In this document: in pieces, positions 13,845 to 26,750 of the stretch
Numbering within the stretch: the stretch's first letter is position 1
How the letters are laid out: every line of letters starts with the position of its first letter
Origin: Balanoglossus misakiensis
Taxonomy: Eukaryota > Animalia > Hemichordata
Reading direction: 5' to 3'
DNA length: 64,000 bases
Assembly: GCA_040954595.2 (NCBI GenBank)
Contig: CM082582.2
Coordinates: 6,308,303-6,372,302 of the forward strand
Notes under the pieces: generated by a model
Databases searched by the model: none
What the model saw: only the letters and a program-made list of their open reading frames with translations
Told to the model about the DNA's origin: nothing
Program-made: the position numbers and the translations under genes

Positions 13845-13857
13845 GTTGCCAGGCAAC
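13845..13857. promoter_or_regulatory. RFX X-box motif
   Basis: Palindromic GTTGCCAGGCAAC; a second strong match GTTGCTATGACAAC lies at 13090-13103. Confidence 0.4.
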
Positions 13858-15945
13858 GTCGCAAACTGCAGCTATTGATGAAAAATTTAGCAGCTCAATT
13901 CACAGATTACTGTTATCTGCTGCAGCCAGTATATACGTATGTGTGTCTATTTTTGGCATCAAGTTGGAACGGGCCACGGTTTCCTAGTAACCCCTTTGTT
14001 GGTTGGTGCTCTGTACTGCAATATGTATGATCACTGTGCAAGTCATAAACAGTGGCCGTGCTCGTCAACACAGAGATCCCAAGGACTTTATTTTTGACAG
14101 TCAAATAATATTTTCAACCAAGGTGTCGCACACCACTAATGGGGAAATCTTAAAAATCCACGGGCTCGCTTATTGCTGCATTTTTCTATGACACTGCCCA
14201 CCCCTATCAACCAATGCACTAGCCTACTCAGCTCATTGAAAGTAATGAGGTTAAACCACAGCTTACGGATGAATGGGGCGATGTTGACCCTGGGGTGATG
14301 ACTTCTCAGAACGCAATGATAGCTTCCGTGGGTGCAGAACTAAATTCAAGAAATCCAATTAACTCTTTCCAACACATCATTTAGAAGTTGTGACCCGAGT
14401 GTAAAATACTAAAAAAATTGACAGTTCATTCCAGATCCACAGTTCTTGACTGTAGAATGTTTGAAGGTAAGCCTTGATCCTGGCCTTCAGTGATTGACAC
14501 TTCAAACAGAAAAAGCAATTGCTGATACACGAAACAATCAGAAACCAGTCATATCACACATGAATTTACAACTGGTATTATTTTAATTTTTGTAACAAAA
14601 AACAAACTCTGTCTCTATCTCAGGTCGATATGCCTTTCTCTAGTTCTTTTAACCCTTACACCACCATTTCCCTTTGCAGAGGCCGACATTGCCACAGAAA
14701 ACAATGGATTTTGTCCAAACCACAGAAATGTACATGTTTTCACATCCTCGACATATTTTTAAGCTAATGAAATGTTGAACATTTAAACCCCTTGGGGAAA
14801 ACTGCATGAATACCACGGTGTTTTCTCGTCAACATCCACTCAATGCAATGTAATATGACGCCTTCTTCAATATTTATAGAGTGAAGTCCTTAGAATTGCT
14901 GTATTTCTTGACACAAAGAGTCTGTGAACAGTGTCTTGGGGGAGGGGGGGAGGGGCAAACCCTCTGTCCTTCCAATGTGATGAGCGCCAACAGACATTTC
15001 AATTCCTCTGAGATTCTGATTCCATATTAAATTATTCATATTTGACATAGCTATTAAGATGACAGCAATTAAATAAATGGCATCAATTTAATAATTGATA
15101 TACCGGCATCTTCTGTGTGTTATATAATCCCCCCCCCCCATCCCGATATGGTTTCTTCTAGTTCTTCGTCCTCTGAGAATTTGGCACAAGATATTACCTG
15201 CAGAACTGCACCCTGTGACCAAACAACACTTATCACACTGAAGAAACTATCATCTTAGGAGGTCAAGGGACGGTGTAAATGGGTAGACTGAGTACATAGA
15301 CTTTGAATAGAAACACTTGAAGGGAAAAGGGAGCACTGTGTTTACGCGCATCTCTAAATCATTTCAAAACCCACTTTGTCAAACTTCACATATTTGTATT
15401 CAATTGGCACTCAAATGTACAGTATTTGCAATTCTCATAAATCCTCTAATGGTTGGCTGGTGTTATTTCTTGCTTTGTGTTTGTGAGTGTGGATGAGAAT
15501 ATGAATGTAGCCCTACATGATGTGGCAGCCATCTTGTTGTTTTTTCATCTCCAGAGTTTATCCAACAGACCCCAAGGCTGCAGCTCTTTCCTCCTGAACT
15601 GACCTTCACATGTGTGTGAAGTCAATCTCTAAAAAGACAAATCATCTTCTTAGGATCAGCGACTGCAATGATAACAGACTTTAGATGCCGCCTGTTGTTC
15701 ATGTGACATGCTGGCAACAATTGCAAATATGCTCTCTCTCAGAAACATACTTGACCTGAAAATGCTCAATTAAACACTGAAAGGATTTTTCAGCCTTCTG
15801 AATCCTTTTTGTTGTAACAAATCTTCAATCCTATAAGTTGCTGCTACTGAGGTGTTTACAGGAAAAAGAACAGATGATTTTAACGAAAGTATTGATTTTT
15901 ATGACTGGAATAAAACTGATCTGTGAGACCGTGACAATGCGATTT

Positions 15946-18900
15946 TCACTCCTTGAAGTATGTTTGAGTGTGTGAATCTGTGAGGCTGTTGGTTTCCGTC
16001 GAGATACCCAAATCTGTGAACAAGGTTTGGGTTTCAGTGTGCGCAAGCTCGGCACTGCTTGGCGGGAAATGGAGGAACTGTCCGAATGTTTGCGTTTGCA
16101 TGTCACTCTGTCCAACAGACTCCGTCAACTGGGTAGTGGGGAGGGCGGCAGTCTGCGTGTGAGAATCATTGCACTTGATGAGTGTTTGCAGATCGACTTG
16201 CACTTGTCGATCGCTCTGTTCTGATGATAGCGCGTCTGTGTAAGCACACAGAGAGGTCTGGGTCTGTGTCGTCGTGTTGTTCGCGGTCTCTGCCGAGGTC
16301 GAGACCGACTGGATGCGAGTTTCGGAAGTCTGCGTGTGGGTGTCCGCAACCCGAGTGTCCAGCAGCAGGCCGCTGTCGGTCGTCTGCGTGAAATTGTCGG
16401 CGCCGCTGAACAGCTGCCAGCGAAGGTTCGTCTGTGCGTAGGAGTCCAGCAGCTCCACGTCGCTGTCCGTGGCGGCGAAGTCGACGCACGAGGTTCCGTT
16501 CTCTTCGCTGGCGATCAACTGCTCGAAGTCGAATTCCATCGTCTCTGTCTGCACGCTGTTTGTACTGGCCTCTTGGATGTCTGCCGTTTGCGTTTGTACA
16601 GTGTTGTTGTGGTGGTGGTTGCCGTTGGATGCCGCCTCGACCAGAAAGCTCTCCGGCGTCTGCGTCGAGCTGCTCTCCGAGGCCATGATGGAGTTCAGAT
16701 CCTGCAGCAGCCTCAGCGTCTGCGTCTGGCTGTCGGAGAGCCCCGGGTACGCCGCCGACGCCAGAGCCTCGGTCTGCGTCACTGTGCTTGTGACGTTAGC
16801 ACCGTTGCCGTTCGAGGCAGCGACCACGTCCGGGAAATGCAGCGTTTCTGACACGTCGTAGCCGCCGGCCGGGATCGCCCCCTCGGTGGTCAGCAGAGTT
16901 TGCGTTTCGCTGCTGACGGTCGACTGCATGTTCAAGTCAAACACATTCACCGTGCCGTACGTCTGTGTCTCCGCGGTAGACAAGGCCGCCTGCGAATCCG
17001 GCATATCCGGGATCACCATGGCCGGCGGAACTGTGCTGTGAGTTTGCGTCTCCATACTGATCAGCGGGTTGTGCGTGCTGGTGTAGGCGTCCATGCTCAG
17101 GCCCAGCAGTTGTTCATTCGTCTGCGTATCTATGTCAACCGACATCAGACTCTGTCTGATGATGAAGTCGCCCGGAGTTTGCGTCTCGATGTCTTGAAAG
17201 TCGCCGAACTGAAAATCGCTGAGCTCTGGTAAATTTGTGTTGCTGCCACTGTCCTGGACACTTCGGTTCTTCGGGGGTCTCGATTTTCTTCTCTTCAGCG
17301 CTTGCGTTTGCGTGTTCTTTGATGGTCTGTTCTTGACGCCCGTTGCAGTTTGGGTGGTGGCGTGCTTTCTCTTCCTGGTGAAGTTCTTCTGCCTTGGCGC
17401 GGGTTGCGCGTGAGAGACACACGATGCATCACTGGTGGTTGACGATCCTGTGGTGGAAGTCGCACTCACGCCTTGTTGGTTCGTGCTTTGATTCGTCTGG
17501 CTACAACTTGTACATGCAGCGCTGGTAGCCATGCTGGTAGCCATGTTTGCAGCAGTTTGCTGCAGAAGCGAAGTGTTCACTGCAGACCTCACAGCGGTCC
17601 TGACAGGCATTCCTACGGGAACTGCTAAGACCACTGGCACCAACTGTATGGCAGGTTTGGGCAAGATCATACGAGCACATCTGCTTTTCTTCGCTTCGGG
17701 TGCCTGGGAAGATGGTGGTGTTGGCTTTCGGCGGGACTGTGAAGAAGTCGGAGGGCGTCTGTCAGCTTCCCTGCAAAACAAAAATAATATAAAATGTGTA
17801 CGCATGTTATGCTTGACAGGAAGATATGAAAGGAGGTCCTTCAAAAACTCTGAGGTGGTCAGTTATAAACAAAATACACTAGCAAACACGACACTAGAGG
17901 GCGCTATGACACCCAAATTCATAGCTGGCAATGTAAATGCAGTGCACACTTACTTGGCTGACGGCACAGAAGAAGGTTGTTGTATTGGTTCTTGCACGGG
18001 GAGTGAATGCCTGTGTCTTCTCATGTGAGTTAACAGTGCTTCCCTGGTTGAATAAGGGCAACCACACGAACAGCTGAACACGACACCGCACGATTTCTCA
18101 TGCCGTGTGCGGTCCGTTTCCGTACTGAAACCTTTCTTGCACCTTCGGCAGAACAGGTTCTTCTCAGCATGGATCTTCATATAGTGCTGGAATGAAGACA
18201 TGAAAGGAAATCAGATCATACCAGGTACATGACATGATCCAAAACCACTTAAGTATATAGTATTTTGTTGAGAAATACATACTGTGATTCAGTTTGATGG
18301 ACTTAACATTATCACCAATGTACTGTACCAAGTTTATATTCACACATTTACTCAGTTTCCCAAGAATAAAAAAAAACTGTCAGTATAACTATATTGACAG
18401 TGTTTCTGTGTGTTGATTTATATGAATTATCCTCTTAGAAATATTTCTGTTTATACTGAACAAAACACCATATTATTACCTGTTTGACAAGATGTAAAGT
18501 GGCAAAGGTTCTCTTAAACTTGGAACCTCTCGGACAGTTCTCCACGGGACAACAATAAACTTTTGTCGGAACTTTCTTCTTCCTTGCTGTTTTATCTGGA
18601 ATGAACAGTTTCTCTTCGTGTGGATTCTACAGACAGAGAGAGAGAGAGAGAGACAGGCAGACAACTTGTAACTTTTGTGATAATCCACTAAGTACCGACA
18701 TTCAGGGGATTAAGTTGTCAACTATGACTGGGGACAGATGTTCAACTGTCTCATTGTAGTACACACTATACTCACACGACTACAACATTTTTTGAGTGTA
18801 CGTAATCACATTACATTACATTGCATTTCAGTATCGTAAAGGTTAAGAAGTGAACAACCATACCTCATATATGTGATGCGTTTTGTTTAAATGCATCTTT

Positions 18901-19076
18901 AAAGCAGCACTGTTAGAGATAATTTTGGCACAGCCGGGGACAGTGCACAGCAAGTTGGTTTGGGGCGCCTTCATCAAGTCTTCCACCTTCGGACAGATCC
19001 GCACTGGTTCCTCTTCTACCGGTACCTGCTCAAATGGCTCGGTGTCAACGTTGCGTTGTTTTGGTGACTGTGACAT
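15946..19076 (-). CDS. ATMIN: ATM interactor / ASCIZ zinc-finger transcription factor (4 coding exons)
   Basis: Exons 19076-18864, 18626-18480, 18186-17954 and 17770-15946, all GT-AG and phase-consistent. Four zinc fingers (CTVPGC..HLNKTH; CPVENC..HYMKIH; CRRC..HEKSC; CSC..HMRRHRH), the ILPKP motif, and a long disordered tail with many TQT dynein-light-chain motifs. Confidence 0.95.
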
Positions 19077-19804
19077 GTTCTGGCAGTAACAACGTCTTTT
19101 CAGTGGAAGGTACCATAAGCACTCGATGAGACACCTTCAACCTCCGATCTCAACAACCCAGCATTACCAAGGACGATGACACTTGAAACTAACAGTGTTG
19201 CAACATGTTGTGTATGTATGTTTGAGAAATGGCATCTCACCGAATGCAAGCTGATGTCAACCAGACGACTTCAACTGACATAAATAAATGTTGTTATTGA
19301 TATCGACTGAAGAAATGTTGACTGTCAGTAGCGCAACCACTTTCGGCATTTTCGTCCACACCGACCCCCATCTCAGAAAATTTCCTCTCACAGTGTTTAC
19401 TAACCTTTGACCGCAGTATGGTCTTTCTCCAGTCTCGTGCAATACCCGAAGTAGTTTACACTGGACACTTCGATATACATTTTATTCAAGAGCAAGTTCA
19501 GATTCTATTTCATAAATATTTCATGCAACACTTGTTTAAATGGAAACTTGATGCGTTCAATTATAGCAGTAAAGAAGATTCACATCATTCCAATACTTTT
19601 TTGTGTACGAGGATATTACCTTTGACCTATAATTTGACACCGATGGCGGCGCTAGTCTCACATCAACAACACCACGTGAATCTGCAACAGACACACAGTA
19701 CACATTGCATTTGTTTCGTCTGCTGTGCATGTCTACACACGATATTTAACTTTCTGAACACATCACACATATCGGACAACGAATCTGAAGATGAAACGTG
19801 AACA
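19077..19804. promoter_or_regulatory. Divergent (head-to-head) ATMIN/RPP40 promoter interval
   Basis: Start codons diverge about 730 bp apart; YY1-like GATGGCGGC at about 19642. Confidence 0.5.
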
Positions 19805-22201
19805 ATGACGACATTCCCCACTCCACGAAGCAAGCTGGTCACAGAAAGCTGTAGTTTCAGTCATCAGAAATTGAGATACAAGAGATGTATAGACGACCAT
19901 TATTTCAATGCAGCAGTGAGTAGATCTCTGTCTCATAATTACTTTATCACAATAATACTTATTCATTAATGTTGGTGACTTGTGCCTTTGATCACACACA
20001 AATGAGTGAGTTAATGCGAATGATATATAGTTTACTGAATTAAAAAAAAAAGTCACAAGATTTACAATCATTCTAACCTGGTCCATTTTGTATAAAGACC
20101 TTTCAATATTCTTACAGGTAGAATTATTTCTCCCTGAACGCATGCAAATGCCACCAGAAGTCCTGTCAGCTAGTCCAACTGATGAGCTGTTCTACCTTGT
20201 CAAAAATCTGCCCTTATCAAGATTGATAGAGTCGAGCTTTATTGATAGATTCATCAGAAAGGGTGAGTTTGGTAATTCCAAAATTCCAAATGTGTATCCT
20301 GTTGGTCAACTGTTGACCAGTTTTCGTGTGAGTATACTAATATTTTGTCAACTTAAAAAAATAATAATAACAAACAATACTTTTTATCGATCCTTTCAGG
20401 AAAATTCTATGCATTGTCTCAAGGAACAGGTATTGATACAGGCAGCGTGGTTGCAGTATTACCAACAGGTAAACCATTGACTGGATGATTCTTTTTATTG
20501 AGGCATTGTGCAGTCCCTTGGAAGTATTCCGTCAAGTTCGATCAGTTTTGCGTGGTATATAAAGCCAGTTAATAAAGCTGTTTACATGTATTGAGTTAGC
20601 ATATGAAAATGTTGTTTGAAGTGTTTCTTCTAATGCCATCATTGAATTGGTTGATTATTAGGTTTGATGGTGCTTTCGGTTGACAAGGATCTGTATGAAG
20701 AGCTTGGCTTGATAGGAAAACCATCACAGTTTAATTCTCACAAGAAGCCACGAAAGTTTGGTAAGTGTTTAGAAAACGTGACTGAAACTCAACATGTGGA
20801 GACAACTTGCATCAACAAGGTGTTAAACAAGGTATTAATTACTGGTTTCATTGTCTTCATTCCAGTGGTAGAGATTGACCTGATATCACCAGTCTTTCAT
20901 CCTGGTAAGAAGAACTATGATAGAGTGGTGTGGTGTTTCAAAGACAGACTCGAACTGAACTTTGATTTCCTACTGAACTGGGATCCAACTGGTGAGTATT
21001 GCTAAGTTTTGAACACGTCAGCTTGTGGTTCACTTATTGCCACTTTTAGCTGACCATACAAAACTTGCTTGTCCTCAACGCGAGTTTCTGTATGTAAGAC
21101 CAAAAAGAATACTAACACACGATGCTACAATTCATGTAAAAGTAATTTGCTCCTGAAAGTATGAGATGTAGTAATGTTTACAAGTAAGCAAATGCGACAA
21201 TGAAACTTTCATTCACAGGTGACCAATCAAGAGAGAGTATTTTGTCATATTTTTGTGACTACGACTGTAAAGAACTGAGCGTGACAGAAACCAAACAGGA
21301 TTACGTTCGGATACCGATTCCAGCGATAAACTCAGCGCAGTTTCAGTCACAAGCGTCAGAAGATGGAAGTTGTCAGAACTGTGATTCCAGCGCATTCTAT
21401 GAATGGCTGGGTGCCATGGCCTGTCATATAGACTGGTGAGACCTTTGTCTCCTTTGCCTGGAAAACTTATAATGCAAATCATCAGCGTGATATAATTTAA
21501 TGTTTTGATACTGGGAATTATCTACATATAATGTACATATACATATACTTTGAGGAGAGTTCTGAAGACCAATTATAGTGAGAAAAAATACAAATTATTT
21601 TCTTTATTTACAGTTCTGGGGGTAAAGCAGATGGTTTCATATCCACATACACCTGTCCCAATCCGCAGACAACCTCAAACGCTGTTAAACATCGGTGGAA
21701 AGGTTTCATTACCCCTGACAGTATCAACAAGCTGTTAGAATCGGTCAGGTAAGTCTCTAAGTTTGAAATTTGTGACTTGTGAGGTTTTAAAATAATGAGT
21801 TCTATTATAATTTTACTTTTTCACTTGGTTTTGATTTTGTGGATTTTATCAATCAGCAAAAAAACGGTGAATACAAAACCTTTTCACCCCAGTTTCCTAT
21901 TTAGAGGTCCAACCTTACCCCAGAAAACAATGGGTTTGGGCTGAACCAAGGTGGTCAATGGGTCGATCCTTTTACAGTAATCCACCTAACTGACTGTTTT
22001 CTTTGCAGGGAGTACATCGGCAGAAAGAAGACCCCCTGGGCTAGTCTAACTGTGCACGGTTTCATGGATACCCCAGTTTCGTGGAGCACCAAGGAGCATG
22101 GATTTTACCACTCGGGGGAAAACCTTTATACTTTTGTGTTGTTTCCCGATGATAGATATTGGCTGTATATGGCGGTGTCATCGCAGGATATTTGCCCTTG
22201 A
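19805..22201 (+). CDS. RPP40: Ribonuclease P/MRP protein subunit p40 (8 coding exons)
   Basis: Exons 19805-19915, 20118-20262, 20400-20468, 20662-20760, 20866-20991, 21219-21435, 21614-21748 and 22009-22201, all in frame. Motifs YLVKNLPL, LSVDKDLYEELGLIG, EWLGA, PWASLTVHGFMDTPVSW..EHGF..GENLYTFV and YWLYMAV..DICP* match RPP40. Confidence 0.95.
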
Positions 22202-23527
22202 TGAAGACGAGAACTTTTAATTTGACTTGATTTTATTCAGGAATATGGCCGCGGTGAAGAAACGAACCAGTTAAAAAAACATTGGAATAGACACATTCTT
22301 CAGAAATGTTCGAAAAATAATTCACAATTGTAGATGATTAAATCATGTTCCTCCAAGGTAAACCAGAGCCAAGAAAAGTGTTTCTGTCCACGATTTCTAA
22401 CCTTGGCGACTGTAAATTTAAACTTGCAATTATCTCCGACATTCAATCTTAGTGCCAAATGCTCATTTTGTATTGCGATTCAATCCCATGTGGCTGACAG
22501 GCTACAGCAGTCCTTGGTTCAAAAATGTATTGATACATGTATGTATTAAAGTGAAGTGTCTCATTTGTCTAAGGAAATTCTCAGTGTAATCCTATGGGAT
22601 GAGTCAGACACCACATTCTCATAGGGCAACACACACAGGATGAAGTGTCGACACATTCTGCCAGTGGCTCTGAAATGAAATCACCGTGTTTGATTATTCA
22701 TGGTCTCGAGGATAAAATAACGAGACACGACAGGTCAATTGCAATGGATATTGTTTACTACTGGGGAAAGATTCTTCAAGAACAGTGCTGAATATACAAG
22801 TACACTTCTGCTTGACTAGCAAAATATCTACATGCAGTTGTGGAGTATAAAAAAATAGAAGGCATCACACCTATGATTTAGGAGGATTTGGAATTTGATT
22901 CTCTTTGAATCCAAGGTTATTTTCTTGCAGCCCTTGGAAATTTACTACAGTATGGTGAAAAATACAATGAATGATTACCACATTATTATCAGTTGATTAT
23001 CACTTATTGTAACATATGTTACACCTGGGTATATTATTTCAGAATTTTATACCACTTCATTCTTGTGCAGATGCATGGGATAATGCTAATTTAAAAGCAA
23101 AATATCCAATTAAAATACCAAAATGAGGTACAGTTAACGAGCCCTAGTTTCAAAGTTTGATATGCCTAGTATTTCATTTCTAAGCTCAAGTTCATATCAC
23201 AATCAAATTTATGACTGGACCAAAATTAAATTTTCAGTAATATTTTGATTATAGAAGCTGTCTGGATAAGTTTAATACACGGATTTAAATATATACAAGA
23301 GGATGGGGATGTTGAACAAGAAACTTCACCACCTCGGAAAGCAAATAATAAAAAGTTTAAAATGCAGACTGTCTCTGTGATATGTTTTTTTTCTGTATGC
23401 ACAACAGGTATGATTTCTGGGTTCAGTGTGCCAACAAAGCGGATGACATATACATCTAAAAATGTCAAGTATAGAATAACTTGTGTGAAATTGGCCCACT
23501 CCGGGGGTGGGTGTGGGGGGGGGCCCT

Positions 23528-26468
23528 TCAACTCTTTGTGGGTGTCTTCTGCCGACCCTTGTCCATGAGCACAATAGTGTTCCTGGCGAACGAATGTGCG
23601 TTGGCCAGGTGCGACGGCAGTGGCAGTGTGGCCAGACCGCGCTGCCCCAGCTCCTTGATGCCCTCCAGGACGTTGGAGCCTTCGAACTTGACCTTGCAGT
23701 GAACGACGGCGTCGCCGTCCATCCACTGCGGTATGTGTTGCGTGCCGCGGAATCGCGTCTCCAGCTGGGAAGAAAAGAAGGTGACGGTTTTGACTTACGA
23801 GTTTAGAAGATTGAACTCCGATAAATGTATGTCTAGGATCATTGTGTTATGAGAGACGTTATTTGAGAGAAAAAATCATCCAGTACACAACGTACCTGGT
23901 ATGTCAGTTTTTCTAAAACAGGCTGCTTGTTCCGTCCGAAAGTTTCTTCAGTTTTTGATAACCTTGCCCTCTTTTCTTGTCTATTTTCATTTGTCACTCT
24001 GTCATCCGTGACGTCTGGAGGTGACTCTGCTGAAGGAGACGAGAAAACAAAAATAAATTCATCCACTAGAAAAACGTGCTTATTTCGTGGTCTGCTTTCA
24101 TTGAGAAACTCTGAACAACATGACAAGTGTGATATGGGTTACGCAGTGTAATCCATGCAATATTCGAATTATGATGTAACGGCATTTCTCAAGTTGTAAA
24201 GGCTTATTTCATTTCAATCGAAATTGACATCGTCAGAGCTTTGCAACAGACGTGAATAGTAATGAGCATGAATATTAATAAGTAGCTAGTACTCAAGCCA
24301 AGCTGGGCAGAAACCCTGAACACTTACCTTTACGTTTGACTTTCCTGCTACTATCTAGTGGATTGTGTTCGCTTGGATACCTATAATGACTGAATGCACC
24401 CTGGCACTGTTGGTACAACACCATATCAGCCAGAGAATTGAGATTCTTCCCCGTCAACTTTAACTCTTGCACTTCTGTGTATTGGAGGCTTGTCAGAAGA
24501 GCCTTTAATCCAAGAGAAATTTACAAGATTATATTAAAACTTTTTGACAGGAAATAGGTGTTGAAATAAAATGAATTTTTTTACAGATGTTATGGAAAAT
24601 GCTGAGTCAGCACTTTTATCGCACTCCTAAAAGCCATAATTTTTCCTATAGTGAAAATATCTGAACAGCTCTATCAAAAAAATAAAATGTGATAACATAT
24701 GCAAACACTCTGTTTACACAGGACAGGAAAAGCTTTCACTTCCAACTGAGATATTTGAATAAAAAAAAACCTGGTATGCACATTTAAAGACCAGGGATGT
24801 CCACTCACCTGTAAAATGTAATCTTTATGTGTAACTTTGATGTTTGTCGCTATGATATACCTTGACTGTGGATAAAGAACCATGTAGACAACATTTGATG
24901 GCATATACTGCGATGCACCGCCGTCGTGTAAACATATCCTCAACCACAGCGCATCATCTTTCATCCTTGTATGTAAATCCTGCGAGATGAGACATTCAGT
25001 GAGATTAAAGGTAATTGCTCACAATGCTATTTCTGTCAACGCAAATGGACCTGTTAAAATGATTGCATGTGTGTTCTATGCCCGAAGCTAAATTCTGGCA
25101 CTCGAATATAAATAAAGATTGAACTGTTTAGCTGGTCACCAGCAGTAAATCACGGGTACATGTATCTTTCCAGAAATCTCGGTAAAACATTGCCAATTGC
25201 TGAGAGTCCCCCCCCCCCCATACTGTGGTAAACTCTGGCTCCATTGATATATTTTTGATCACCATGGGGTGTTTTTATCTCTGCTGTGGCACAATAACCA
25301 CCAGTTTGACGTGTAAATTTTACTTGAACTGAACTGTAAACTTCGAGTTCAAACCGAGATTAGCAATCCACCAATACTCACGTTTCTGAAGTAAACCGAC
25401 AGTTGCTGTCGAAATTTCTTTTGCAGTACTAAGGGTTCAAGGGTGACATGATCTGATTTTACATCTGGTAACGTTTATAGAAAGGGGGGAAAAGTAGAAT
25501 TAATACATGAACACAAGAAGGTTGTTGTACATATGTGAATTAATAATAAGCATTTGCATTTTTGAATTCTGATATGTATGCATCGATGTATTTGTATGTA
25601 TGTGTGTGTACTGTACCTAGTGCCTTGGATAATCTGTAAACTGTCCATTTCTTGCTGTTTGGGTGTTTCTGGTTGTCTGAAAAGTTTTAAAATAAAAAAA
25701 ATGAAGTTGAAAAGGTCATAGGGCACAAATGACAATACAGTTTGTTCTGTCAATCATTCATATTATTAACCACCACAATACTGTATTCTGTTTCACCATG
25801 CATGAAATACTGGTTCAATAAATACAGGGCTACAAAAAATATTATTTATATATACTTACAAATGAGATCAAGTTGTGCTACGTCTTCTATTTGAATTGAT
25901 TTTCCCTGCAAATATACACATCGACCTGGTAACGTTGGCATACATAATGACAGTGTGAAGATTTGCCAGAAAGTCTACCAAGAGTAATTATTCAACGGCG
26001 TGGGAAGCCATACAATCTCAAGGAACACAAGCCAGGGCTAAGCTGGCGTCAATCAATGCAGTTTACGCTACGGACACAGTGCCAGAGCGGTCGAAATTTT
26101 GCAACATGTCAGGGAGTAAAATCTACTACAGTTTGTGCTTTTAGACTCAATAACCATGCAAATAAGAGGGAAGGAACATGGCTACATCGTTACCATGGAC
26201 ATACAACATAAACTCGTCTTTGGCTTTGCGACAGTCAGAATACGTCTTTCACTATATATCACGTACGCTTCACCACAACTACCTCCGACGCAAACAGCAT
26301 ACTTACTCGACACGAGTCGCAAATTTTGCCCACAATGTTTGTTTTGGTCTGTCTGAAGTCCTGGTCCAATTCCTCGATGTCAACAAATTTCCACTCGGTC
26401 AAAAGGTCGACGAAATCGTCTTTCTTGAAACGTCCGAGAACCCGCCGCAGAAGCAAACCTGCATCCAT
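23528..26468 (-). CDS. CENPN: Centromere protein N (CCAN subunit, Chl4/Mis15 family; 8 coding exons)
   Basis: Exons 26468-26307, 25905-25860, 25676-25617, 25464-25382, 24979-24809, 24502-24328, 24029-23896 and 23764-23528. The spliced protein has LLTEWKF..DFRQTK, AQLDLIY..HPNSKKWTVY, DDALWLRI, DDRVTNENRQEK..TEETFG..QPVLE..YQLETRF and CKVKFEG.NVLEGIKEL, collinear with CENP-N. Confidence 0.92.
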
Positions 26469-26469
26469 T

Positions 26470-26750
26470 GCACCAATCATTTGAAGTCTGCAATATTGAT
26501 TACCACAGAACCAAACGACAAGCTCGGAATTTCCCGTAAAATGGCCAGATCAGAAATTATCCCGGAAGCGACAATGCATAATTGCAATCAAGAGTTGAAA
26601 ATTGAAAACGGCGCAGAAACCAGTATTGTCCAATGAAAAGGGGGATAAATGTCACGTGACGGGAGATAGGCGGCGCTGTGCTCCAGAATAACTTCCGGGT
26701 CAAAGTTAGCGTGAGTATCTTCTGGGGTGTCTGTACTGTACGGGTAAGTA
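26470..26750. promoter_or_regulatory. Bidirectional CENPN/CMC2 promoter with probable non-coding first exon of CMC2
   Basis: CpG-richer interval with AAAATGGCC (YY1-like, about 26537), CCGGAAG (about 26562) and ACTTCCGG (26691) ETS/GABP-like sites, and GTCACGTGAC E-box (26651). Splice donors gtgagt (26711) and gtaagt (26744) are present. Confidence 0.6.

Noticed and set aside
14649-14725. Short similarity to 21878-21962 (shared CAGAAAACAATGG, TTAACCC start), possibly a piggyBac-type MITE
   Set aside because: Too degenerate to define ends or TSDs by eye.
15968-18028. Overlapping ORFs antisense to ATMIN (similarly within C16orf46-like, CENPN and GCNT)
   Set aside because: Shadow ORFs caused by GC-rich codon usage of the real genes.
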